Source: Candidatus Poribacteria bacterium (lineage in GTDB: Bacteria > Poribacteria > WGA-4E > PCPOR2b). From it: DNA of 64,000 nucleotides. The DNA is taken from positions 32,001 through 96,000 of the forward strand of contig OZ244587.1 in assembly GCA_965218095.1 (NCBI GenBank), written 5' to 3'. The notes beneath the pieces were generated by a model, which saw nothing but the letters and a program-made list of their open reading frames with translations, searched no databases and was not told the origin of the DNA. The translations under genes and the position numbers were made by a program. This document shows, piece after piece, positions 20,022 to 28,596 of the stretch (positions within the stretch are counted from its first letter, which is position 1; every line of letters begins with the position of its first letter).

Positions 20022-20837
20022 CTATTCGCCCAACACCTTGTCGAAATCCTCCCGGATCGCTTCATACCCATCTTTGAGAATGATGATCGCCGCACCACAG
20101 GCAAAGAACTGTGCACCTTCTTCTTCGTAGAGTTGCGCTGCCTGCGCTGCGTTTCCTACCGGTTGCCCCCAGAACTTGCCATATTTCCTGGCTGTAGCAC
20201 CGACCAACTGGCGAGCCTCCTCCATCTGTGGGTGATCGAACTGGCACGGAATACCCAGCGACTGCGACATATCGCCTGGGCCAAAGAACAATCCATCGAG
20301 TCCATCCATCTGAGCCACCTCTTCAATGATGTCCAGCGACTCTTTGTCCTCCATCTGAAAAATAACAAAGGTCTCGCGCAACGTCCAAGCCATATACTCC
20401 GGCATGGAGACAAGACTATACCTGGCAGCGGCTTCGACGCCATCCATGCCCCGCAGCCCCACTGGTGCGAAACGAGAGAATTTCAGCACCCACTCCGCTT
20501 CTTCTATGGTGCGGATGTGGGGTGCCATGATACCCGTGGTGCCTGCTTCAAACACCCGGAAGAACGAGTGATCACCTTCTTTGCGGACGCGGATCATCGG
20601 CTCCATGCTAGAGGCGCGGGAAGCTAGGCACATATTGAACGCTTGATCGTAAGAGTAGTCCTGGTGTTCCATGTCGATCCACAGGCAATCGAATCCGATT
20701 AAACCCATTATCTCAGGAATTTTGGGCGATGCGTAGGGCGTGGGACTGCCATACAGCACATACTTGCCAGCACGAATTCGCTCCAGCACTCGGTTCGGTT
20801 GTAGCGCAACCTTTTCGGTTCGCGTAAATTCAGCCAT
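20022..20837 (-). CDS. HpcH/HpaI aldolase family protein
   Basis: WIDMEH, P.G.RG, QMED and GPGDMS. Confidence 0.88.
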   Translation of the reverse strand: MAEFTRTEKVALQPNRVLERIRAGKYVLYGSPTPYASPKIPEIMGLIGFDCLWIDMEHQDYSYDQAFNMCLASRASSMEPMIRVRKEGDHSFFRVFEAGTTGIMAPHIRTIEEAEWVLKFSRFAPVGLRGMDGVEAAARYSLVSMPEYMAWTLRETFVIFQMEDKESLDIIEEVAQMDGLDGLFFGPGDMSQSLGIPCQFDHPQMEEARQLVGATARKYGKFWGQPVGNAAQAAQLYEEEGAQFFACGAAIIILKDGYEAIREDFDKVLGE

Positions 20838-20965
20838 TAGAACCATCCTTTCTGAAGGCCAACCTTTGAAAGGTTCTTCGTTCTATATCCACTATGCGCT
20901 TCAACATCAATCAACACCCGAAGCTCCCATGAACCGTTCTGGCTCACCTTTCAAAGGTTTTGTAA

Positions 20966-21988
20966 TTAAACTGAGAGGTAAGTAATGATGTTAGCAACGT
21001 GCATCACAAACTCGGTGGTAATCTCGATCTTGTCAGCCACAGTGGGGTTGGGCGTCCAGAACTTCGTGTTTTCCCAGTATCCGTCTTCGCGCTGATGTTC
21101 GACGAACCAGTTGCCTAGACGCACCGTCCAATCCCGATAGTGCCTTTCCCGCGTCGCCACGTACAACAGCCCCGAGCCCCAACCCGACTGGCACGTTTGC
21201 ATGGATTGGAATTGACATTCGTTGGTGGTCATGGAGAACGCCTGGTACTTCCGCGCCAAATTCAGCCAATTCCTTTCGCTAGTCGCCATGTGGAGTTGAG
21301 TGAGAAATGCCGCTGCGATGCCCCCGTTGAAATGGTGCTGCCACGGTTCGTCCTTCTTCGTGAGGTAGAGCGCTTCTTGTTCTGGCGCGTAGTCCATAAC
21401 TAGACCTTTGGCTGGGCTGTAAACGTGGACGTGGTAGAGTTTGTGCAAGACGTCTGGCTGTAACGCCCACAGGTGCCTAACCCACTCACCAGCCTTCCGG
21501 GCAGCCTCGACTTGACCGACCAGAAGCAGCGTCATACCGCCCTGGCAGGTCGGAAAGAGTTCCTGCTCACCCGTAGTAGTCATGTCCTGTCGATTGTTGT
21601 AGAACCCACCGGATTCGGGCTCTTGCCAGGTGAGCAGGTGTTTGCTCCCACGGTAAACGATGTCAAATCGTTGCAGCAGCGTCGCACCAACGATGAGGCA
21701 GGTGAGGGGGTAACTTCCGTAGCGGCTATCAAATACCCTCTGTGGCGATACACCTTCAAACGCGCCCACCGGCGAGAACATGTGACGATGGATCCAATTC
21801 AACACCCGGCTGGCAGCCGTGAGCTCCCCCACCAGGGCAAAGCTCCACGGGACACGATAGTAGTACAGGCCATCCTGGACAGGGCCGATGGAGCCGTTTG
21901 GGTTCATGAAGTTCAGTAACCAATCGGTGCCTTTGCGGCATGCCTGGCAGTATGTAACCAGTTTCTTTTCGATGTCGTATCCTGTTAT
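20966..21988 (-). CDS. Alpha/alpha-barrel (prenyltransferase/cyclase-like repeat) protein; apparent start codon reads ATA
   Basis: QW-like repeats (DWLLNFMNPNGS, HLLTWQEPESGGF, WFVEHQREDGYW). The frame extends beyond 21907 to an ATA 7 nt after GAGGTG. Confidence 0.6.
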   Translation of the reverse strand: MTGYDIEKKLVTYCQACRKGTDWLLNFMNPNGSIGPVQDGLYYYRVPWSFALVGELTAASRVLNWIHRHMFSPVGAFEGVSPQRVFDSRYGSYPLTCLIVGATLLQRFDIVYRGSKHLLTWQEPESGGFYNNRQDMTTTGEQELFPTCQGGMTLLLVGQVEAARKAGEWVRHLWALQPDVLHKLYHVHVYSPAKGLVMDYAPEQEALYLTKKDEPWQHHFNGGIAAAFLTQLHMATSERNWLNLARKYQAFSMTTNECQFQSMQTCQSGWGSGLLYVATRERHYRDWTVRLGNWFVEHQREDGYWENTKFWTPNPTVADKIEITTEFVMHVANIITYLSV

Positions 21989-22002
21989 TTTTATTCACCT
22001 CG

Positions 22003-22827
22003 CTATAGACGTAGTAATTCTCCGGCAGGTCCAGCGAGTCGATAAATCGCCTCAACTTCATCACCGGAGAATTCAACATCCAAAATCAGCAATTCATCAA
22101 TCTTCCCAACATATCGCTGGCCCAGGCCGATTGTCAATTTCTCTACGTTCCAAGTCAGCTGGTGAGCATACCCCTCCATCCAGCCTCGACGAACGCCATC
22201 TATGTACAGGGCAGCCGCGGCATCATTCCGACCGGTGTTCACGTTGCGCCATGTCGCCACGAGGTGATGCCAATCGCCGGATTTCCATCCGAGCTCGCTC
22301 ACAACGATAAGCTGTCCGCCGACGTATCGGTCCTGAGCGGGGCTGTCCCCGTAAATGCCGAACCGCAGCTTTCTTGGTGAACCGTAACGCTCGTCGTTTG
22401 GGCGGGTCAGGTCCAGATAGAAAGAACCATCCGCCGAATGATGGCTAATGTGAAAAGGATCCACCGGATACTCATCGGACAGATCGGCGTCCGGATCGCC
22501 GTTAAGCCACAGTGAGACGGTCCCCGAAAATGGCTCCGCGCTATAAGGGAAATTATCCTTCGCAGCATAGAAAAATTCATCCTCCACCCAGCCGTGGTCT
22601 TTGGCGTTGAAAACTAGCGCGCCGCCGTAACGTCCACCAGTCGAATCGTGACGTACTACCTCTGGATGATAAGTTGCCGTCCTATCTCCACGACTGAAAT
22701 CGGCGTCTATCATCCTGTCGAAAGAAGCGTAGACACAGATATGTTCTCGTAAATACTCGGCAAGGTCTTTAGACATGGTTCGCAGGTTCTCTTTATTGGT
22801 TCGTAACGTCTCGTTTTTGACTGCCAA
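22003..22827 (-). CDS. LamG-like jellyroll (concanavalin A-like) protein
   Basis: GTVSLW, WHHLVATW, LYIDG and GKIDELLI. Confidence 0.8.
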   Translation of the reverse strand: MAVKNETLRTNKENLRTMSKDLAEYLREHICVYASFDRMIDADFSRGDRTATYHPEVVRHDSTGGRYGGALVFNAKDHGWVEDEFFYAAKDNFPYSAEPFSGTVSLWLNGDPDADLSDEYPVDPFHISHHSADGSFYLDLTRPNDERYGSPRKLRFGIYGDSPAQDRYVGGQLIVVSELGWKSGDWHHLVATWRNVNTGRNDAAAALYIDGVRRGWMEGYAHQLTWNVEKLTIGLGQRYVGKIDELLILDVEFSGDEVEAIYRLAGPAGELLRL

Positions 22828-22842
22828 CTATCTCTTATTGAG

Positions 22843-22879
22843 TTGACAACAGTATATACTAAAATATATACTTGTTCAA
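22843..22879. promoter_or_regulatory. Overlapping divergent sigma70 promoters with a repeated TATATAC operator-like motif
   Basis: Plus strand TTGACA-18-TATACT; minus strand TTGAAC-17-TATACT. Confidence 0.55.
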
Positions 22880-22976
22880 TCAGAAAATAGAAATTCGCTA
22901 ACCTTCGGAAGGTACAAAACCAATTGACAATGATTTGAGGCATGCAACGGTGACATGATAAACCTTTGTCTTGAAC

Positions 22977-24288
22977 TGAACTTACCCCCATCCTTTAGAC
23001 AGCAATGAATGAGACTTAAGATAGACAATCTGACCAACTCGGTCAGGGTGAAACGCCTGAAATTATTGGAAATACACCCCGTGCGGTGTTCGATAATTGA
23101 GCAATTGATGAAACCGCTGTTGATTGTAAAAGTTGAAATAGTCTCTCAATCGACGCCAAGCTGTAGTAACGGAGTCATAGTCGTTGAGATAGACCTCCTC
23201 ATACTTGACACTCCGCTAGAGACGCTCAATAAAGATGTTGTCAAAATAGCTGCCTCTGCCGTCCCAACTGATGGCAATCTGAGCCGCTTCAAGTCGAGCG
23301 GTAAAAGCATCAGAAGTAAATTGACTGCCTTGGTCGTTGTTGAATATCAACGGTCTCGATTGGCTAAGTGCGCGTTCGAGAGCCGACAGACAAAAGTATA
23401 CGTCTAGTGAGTTTGAAAGTTCCCACGACACCACGTACCGGGAAAACCAATCCATAACCGCTACCAGATAAACAAAACCACGAGTCAAGCAAATATAGGT
23501 TATATCCGTTGCCCAGACCTGATTCGGTCTGATGATACTTAATCCCTTCAGTAGATAGGGATACATCTTCGACGGTTTAGCTATACCCGAGGGCTTGGGC
23601 TTGGGCTTGGGATAGATGGCAGCCAATCCCATCTTTCACATCAACCGAGCCACCCGCTTTCGATTGACAACATGCCCTTGGGAACGAAGCCATACCGTCA
23701 ATCGAGGGACGCCATAGAACGGTGTCTTTGTGTACTGCTCATCTATCAGACGCATATAGAGCAGATTGTGTGGCGACTCGCCTACGGGTCGGTAATAGAA
23801 CGAGGCACAAACCCAGCAGTTCGCATTGTCTGACAACCGACGGTGAATGGCACCCCTTTTCAACAAGCTGCCGCTTCTGTTCAACGGAGCAGTTGCGTTT
23901 TTTTTTGAAGCCAGTCGAGTTCCACCTTCAACTGTCCGATTTGGCGATAGAGTTCATCAACTAACTGGTCGTTGTCAGAGGCTGCTTTTGGGCGTCCGTT
24001 TGCAAGCAGTTGAGGTAGTTGTTCAAGAGCCTGCTTTTTCCATTGGCTCACTTGAGTCGGGTGGACACCGTAATGACTGGCAATCTGAGCGACGGTTTGT
24101 TGGTTTTTTATCGCCTCAATAGCCACCTGTGCTTTGAATCGACCATCGTACTGTTTTCTGTGGGACATGGTATGAAAACTCCTTTCTTTTTCTGGGCGTT
24201 TCTGACCCATATTTTCGCACAGATGATGACCGGTTTGCCAGTTAGAAATCCATCTTAGTCAACTGTCTAGGTTTTGGGGGTAATTACA
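22977..24288 (-). mobile_element. IS3-family insertion sequence (orfB pseudogene)
   Basis: TIRs tgaacttaccccca...tagacag and ctgtctag...gggggtaattaca; AAC duplication. orfA 24168-23881; A9 run; orfB has a frameshift near 23805, TGA at 23636 and TAG at 23216. Confidence 0.94.
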
Positions 24289-24320
24289 AACTTATAGCGA
24301 GTAAAACGTGCGCTTCTCCC

Positions 24321-24381
24321 GTCATCCTGAAAAAAGCAAAGAATCTCTTGCACCCTAACGAGGAGATTCTTCGCTGCGCTC
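24321..24381. repeat. GTCATCCTG...AGATTCTTCGCTGCGCTC palindromic repeat
   Basis: Same family as 44534-44593. Confidence 0.7.
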
Positions 24382-24456
24382 TATTAAACTGCCAAGAAAC
24401 TACCTGCAATGAGTTCCTTCTCAAAATGAGCCTTCCGAAGGTTCTAACGGAAGTGA

Positions 24457-25623
24457 GTGACGACTGAAATGACCGTGGTCAAGCAAGATCATTCTCATGC
24501 GAGAGAGTTGAGGGTCGTGGTGGTCGGCGCGGGGATTGTCGGGGCATCAATAGCCTACCATCTGTCACGTCGTAAGAATGTCGTTGTGACTGTCCTTGAG
24601 CGAGATGAACTGTGCGCAGGAGCGTCGGGACATTCGTTTGCCTGGTTGAATGCCTTTGGCAAAGATCCCGTGAGCTATCACCACTTCAATCGCCGGTCAA
24701 TGGACATCTGGCATCGATTTGCTTACCGGCTGGCGGCGGACCTTGACCTCCACTGGGGTGGTGAACTTCGCTGGGAAAACACGCCGGAGAAAGCCGAGGC
24801 ATTGCACCAACGTATCAAGCTACTGCAGGAGCGAGGCTATCCCATCCGTATCATTTCAATCGACGAACTGCACGAACTTGAATCCGGACTCTCTCCCGGC
24901 GCAGTGACAGCCGCTTCTTTTTCAGAGATTGACGGGCGGGTCGAACCACGCAAAGTGATTGAAGCCTGTTTACAACGTGCGTGTGAAAGCGGAGCCGTGG
25001 TGCATACCCAGACCTCGGCCACCGGGCTGTGCCTTGGAGAGAAGGGAAATATAGAGGCGGTTAAAACACCCAACAGAGAAATCGGTTGTGATGTGGCAGT
25101 GTTGGCGAGTGGGGTTGCCACAACGGAACTTGCCGCCATGGCCGGTGTCTACATCCCGCAAGAGGAGAGTCCAGGTGTGGTGATTCGCACCGATCCACAG
25201 CCGCGTGTACTGCATAACGTTTCGGTGCTTCATCTTCTGTCTATTGATGAAGACCGGCCAGAAATTTATCTGCGACAATCTGCCGACGGGACGCTCGCCA
25301 TCGGTCAAGGCTCGCAGGAAAGCGTGGACCGAGATGATTCTCAAGCACATGCTGATGCACTTTTGAGTCACGCTGTGCATTATCTGCCGGCCCTGGCCGG
25401 CGCGCGAGCAATTCCAGTACCGGTCGGTTTTCGTCCAATGCCGATTGACGGTTTGCCGGTGCTGGGGTTTTGTCAAGCGGCGCCGAATCTGCACATTGCT
25501 TTGATGCACAGCGGGGTCACGTTGGCGCCTTTGGTGGGTGAGTTGGCGACGTTAGAGATTGTTGATAATGCGCGAGTTGAGATGCTTGCGCCATACCGGC
25601 CGGATCGGTTCAGAACTAAATAG
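24457..25623 (+). CDS. FAD-dependent oxidoreductase (DAO / glycine oxidase-like)
   Basis: VVVVGAGIVGASIA, GASGHS, GFRPMPIDGLP and HSGVTLAP. Confidence 0.9.
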   Translation: MTTEMTVVKQDHSHARELRVVVVGAGIVGASIAYHLSRRKNVVVTVLERDELCAGASGHSFAWLNAFGKDPVSYHHFNRRSMDIWHRFAYRLAADLDLHWGGELRWENTPEKAEALHQRIKLLQERGYPIRIISIDELHELESGLSPGAVTAASFSEIDGRVEPRKVIEACLQRACESGAVVHTQTSATGLCLGEKGNIEAVKTPNREIGCDVAVLASGVATTELAAMAGVYIPQEESPGVVIRTDPQPRVLHNVSVLHLLSIDEDRPEIYLRQSADGTLAIGQGSQESVDRDDSQAHADALLSHAVHYLPALAGARAIPVPVGFRPMPIDGLPVLGFCQAAPNLHIALMHSGVTLAPLVGELATLEIVDNARVEMLAPYRPDRFRTK

Positions 25624-25810
25624 CAAGACAGCGAGGGCGATTTCGGCGTGTTGATACACCCGACGCCGCATCAAATTGCGCTTTTTTATCCGCGAATCGT
25701 CGCGAATCTTCACGAATAAGGAACATAAACGGTGAAGTTGTGTAACATGCTCTAAAGAAGATATGACACGGTCAAGCAATTGAAATTAGCAGATAATATC
25801 CTGCCATAAC

Positions 25811-25867
25811 TGTAGGTCGAGTTTCCATACTTGACTATCTTCGTCGAGATATGAATCTCGACCTACA
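25811..25867. repeat. GTAG-type REP doublet
   Basis: tgtaggtcgag...ctcgacctaca, made of two inverted hairpin units. Confidence 0.7.
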
Positions 25868-25961
25868 AGCGTCCATGAATCTTTAGTTTGGTCAAGCAGT
25901 CGTATCACCAGTTAAACAATTCAGGGCGTGTTCCCTGGAAACATTACTCGGAGGTTTAGCT

Positions 25962-26330
25962 ATGATTCAAGTGAAAGAACAACTGGAACGGTGCCTGGAC
26001 AAATTTCGCGCCGGCACGCTTACTGAACAGGATTTGCACGAAGCATTGCAAAGTCTCAATAACCAGATGGGTGCGGAGACGAAGCCGCAGCGTCTGTTGT
26101 ATCTTCAGGCCACGAACACTTCAGTGACCTCAACGGTCGAAGGGATGTCGATCGTAGAGGGCGACAGCATACATAACGGTCCTGACAACCCCGATGACTG
26201 GCCTTACCAGACAGTGCATGAAGCGATACTCGACGGGTGGCGTGTTGTCAAATTCCCTGAAATGACACTGATGCTGGTAGGGGAAAACGAGACGTACGGG
26301 CTCGGCTGCGAATTTATCCTCGAAAAGTGA
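25962..26330 (+). CDS. Hypothetical protein upstream of tandem PhyH genes
   Basis: 122 aa; RBS GGAGG; protein-like composition. Confidence 0.8.
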   Translation: MIQVKEQLERCLDKFRAGTLTEQDLHEALQSLNNQMGAETKPQRLLYLQATNTSVTSTVEGMSIVEGDSIHNGPDNPDDWPYQTVHEAILDGWRVVKFPEMTLMLVGENETYGLGCEFILEK

Positions 26331-26442
26331 ACCCACAATCACGTAGAGCGGTCCGATTCTCAGATGAGCACCGCCAAGCCTATCCCGATCCATCGGGGCC
26401 CGTTCCCTTACAACCTTTACAACCGACGAAAGGACTTTAGTG

Positions 26443-27291
26443 ATGATCAACGAAACTTATGATTGCGAGCCGATGCTGACAGATTAGCAGGTAATCGAAT
26501 TTTGCCAGAAGGGGTTTACCATCCTCGAAGGGGTGGTGCCAGACGAGACCAACCGCCTCGTCCTCGGCTTTATGGACGAGCATCCCTCTTTAGAACCGGT
26601 CGAAATCCTGGCTGAGAACTGGTTCGTCGAAGGCGTCATCAAGAATCCACGGGCAGCGGGTGCGGTAAGATCGCTCTTGGGGAAAGATTTCAAGCTGCCG
26701 ATGATCATGAGCAACCATCGTGTCCAGTGCCCCCGGTCTCTGACTTGCGGTTGGCACCGCGATGGCGGCACGGTTGACGCAACGCGGCTTGGGTTTCTAC
26801 AGGTATTTTATTACCCGCAGGACACACCGACAGAAATGGGGCCGACCGAATTGGTGCCCAGTTCGCACCTGGTTCGTGCCAAACGCCGCTTCATGAGTCA
26901 TTATGGCGCCATCCGCAAAGGAGTAAAGACGGCAGCGCCGGCGGGGTCAATTTTCATTACCCACTACAGTATCTGGCATCGCGCCACCTCCTCCACCGCT
27001 AGCGGCATCCGCAACCTACTCAAGTACAATTACCGGCGGACAGTCCCGCCGCAACGTGACTGGGTCGTTGATCCTTCTACCGACTTTATGCAGGTGAAGT
27101 TCAGGCCCGATGTCTCCATGCTTGAAAAATGGTACGACTCCATCCATGTCGCGCGGATGTTTCAGTGGCTGTGCGGTCTGGGCGATGATTTCGAGTTTGA
27201 GGGCGGCCAATCCTGGCCAATCACGGCTGGGGGCGGCTACAACACAACCGAAGGGCTACCATCCGGATTGGCTCAACCGCACAATGCTTAG
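26443..27291 (+). pseudogene. PhyH-family dioxygenase with a premature TAG at codon 15
   Basis: MINETYDCEPMLTD*QVIEFCQKGFTILEGVV...WHRD...VPSSH...IWHR; stop at 26485-87. Confidence 0.82.
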
Positions 27292-27310
27292 ATATAAGGG
27301 GTATCCACAG

Positions 27311-28162
27311 ATGAAACTCTCGCAGAAAAAAACCCGGTCAGAACCGAACGCTTCGCCGACGGATGCACGCGCAAAGCCAGTCGCCGAGCTCATCCCTTAT
27401 GACAACCGAGAGGACAGGGCGCAAGCGATGGAACGCGACGGTTTTGTTTATTTCCCTGTCGTCCTTAATGAACAAGAGATCCAGGTGTTACGCGCATGTT
27501 CGGATCGGATTCAGACGGTCGGTGTTCCGGGGTGGGATTTTATTGACCCTAACGGCAGCGGGGTTAAGACCATCCAGAATGCGTTTAATCGGGACCCGCT
27601 GTACCTCGATTTCCTGGACAAGCCGGGCGTCATCGAATTGGTTGAGGATGTCTTGGGCGACGACTGTCACATCATCCAGATGACGCAATGGAATACAGGG
27701 AGGCGGGAGGATCAACGAATGCACACGGATTGGAAACCAATCTTCCTGCCCGATGATGTGGCGATCGATCCGCGGGTTAAGATTCCGGCGCTGATTATGA
27801 CCGCCCATTTTTATCTGGACGATATGTACGAAGCCCTTGGTCCAACGCGGATAGTCCCCGGCAGCCACCGGGCCGGCACCAAGCCTGAACGCGATCAAGA
27901 CGAGTGGAACGGCGTCAGGGAGCAGTCAATTCTCTGCAAGGTGGGTGACGTGATCGTTTTCAGAAGTGACGTGTGGCATCAAGGCGGTGCCAACCGCACC
28001 GATCAAGTTCGCTATCTGTTGCAGGTTCACTACGCAAATCGGTGGATTGCGCAACGATTCCCGCCCTTCCTGAGTTTTCAATTTGACCCAGAAATTCTTT
28101 CGCAGGCGACCCCGCGTCAGCGCCGGTTGTTGGGAGAGCATTGCCCGGGGCCTTTCGCTTGA
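27311..28162 (+). CDS. PhyH-family dioxygenase
   Basis: DGFV, MHTD, VPGSH and VWHQGGAN..R. Confidence 0.88.
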   Translation: MKLSQKKTRSEPNASPTDARAKPVAELIPYDNREDRAQAMERDGFVYFPVVLNEQEIQVLRACSDRIQTVGVPGWDFIDPNGSGVKTIQNAFNRDPLYLDFLDKPGVIELVEDVLGDDCHIIQMTQWNTGRREDQRMHTDWKPIFLPDDVAIDPRVKIPALIMTAHFYLDDMYEALGPTRIVPGSHRAGTKPERDQDEWNGVREQSILCKVGDVIVFRSDVWHQGGANRTDQVRYLLQVHYANRWIAQRFPPFLSFQFDPEILSQATPRQRRLLGEHCPGPFA

Positions 28163-28300
28163 GTGGATTTTCAAAGAGCAAAACCTATTTTGACTGTTAG
28201 CCTAGACTAGAATTGGGAATGAGAGTAGAGCGGGTCCGAGAATCGGACGGGCTCTACGAGGAAATCTAACAAAGTTAGACTATTTCTTGTAAAGGAAATC

Positions 28301-28546
28301 ATGTACGAATTAGCTGTTGTGCAACACTTCGCTGAAAGGGGCATCCGACAAGGCATTTTACAAGGACGTATGCTTTCAGTTCTTGATCTCATTAGCGAAC
28401 GATTTAACCCAAATAACACAGAGATTCTCAGGCCGACCCTTGAATCAATTGAGGATGCGGATCTCTTACGCCAGATTCTTGTTAAAGCGGGTGAAGCCGA
28501 AACCTTTAGCGAGTTTCAGCAAGCGTTGAATGCACTGAGTTCTTAA
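28301..28546 (+). CDS. Stand-alone C-terminal module of an Rpn/YhgA-like protein
   Basis: ERGIRQGILQG followed by LISERF...IEDADLL; no nuclease domain upstream. Confidence 0.65.
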   Translation: MYELAVVQHFAERGIRQGILQGRMLSVLDLISERFNPNNTEILRPTLESIEDADLLRQILVKAGEAETFSEFQQALNALSS

Positions 28547-28596
28547 TCACTATGTCTTGACAAGATCTCACACTCAATCATGGAGGAAAACAAAGC

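Noticed and set aside
10835-26487. Repeated in-frame TAG codons suggesting amber recoding or pyrrolysine
   Set aside because: Intact genes (gcvT, dnaG and others) end in TAG. The internal stops fall at inferred Trp/Gln codons, alongside TGA/TAA stops, frameshifts and IS hits, so this is ordinary pseudogenisation.
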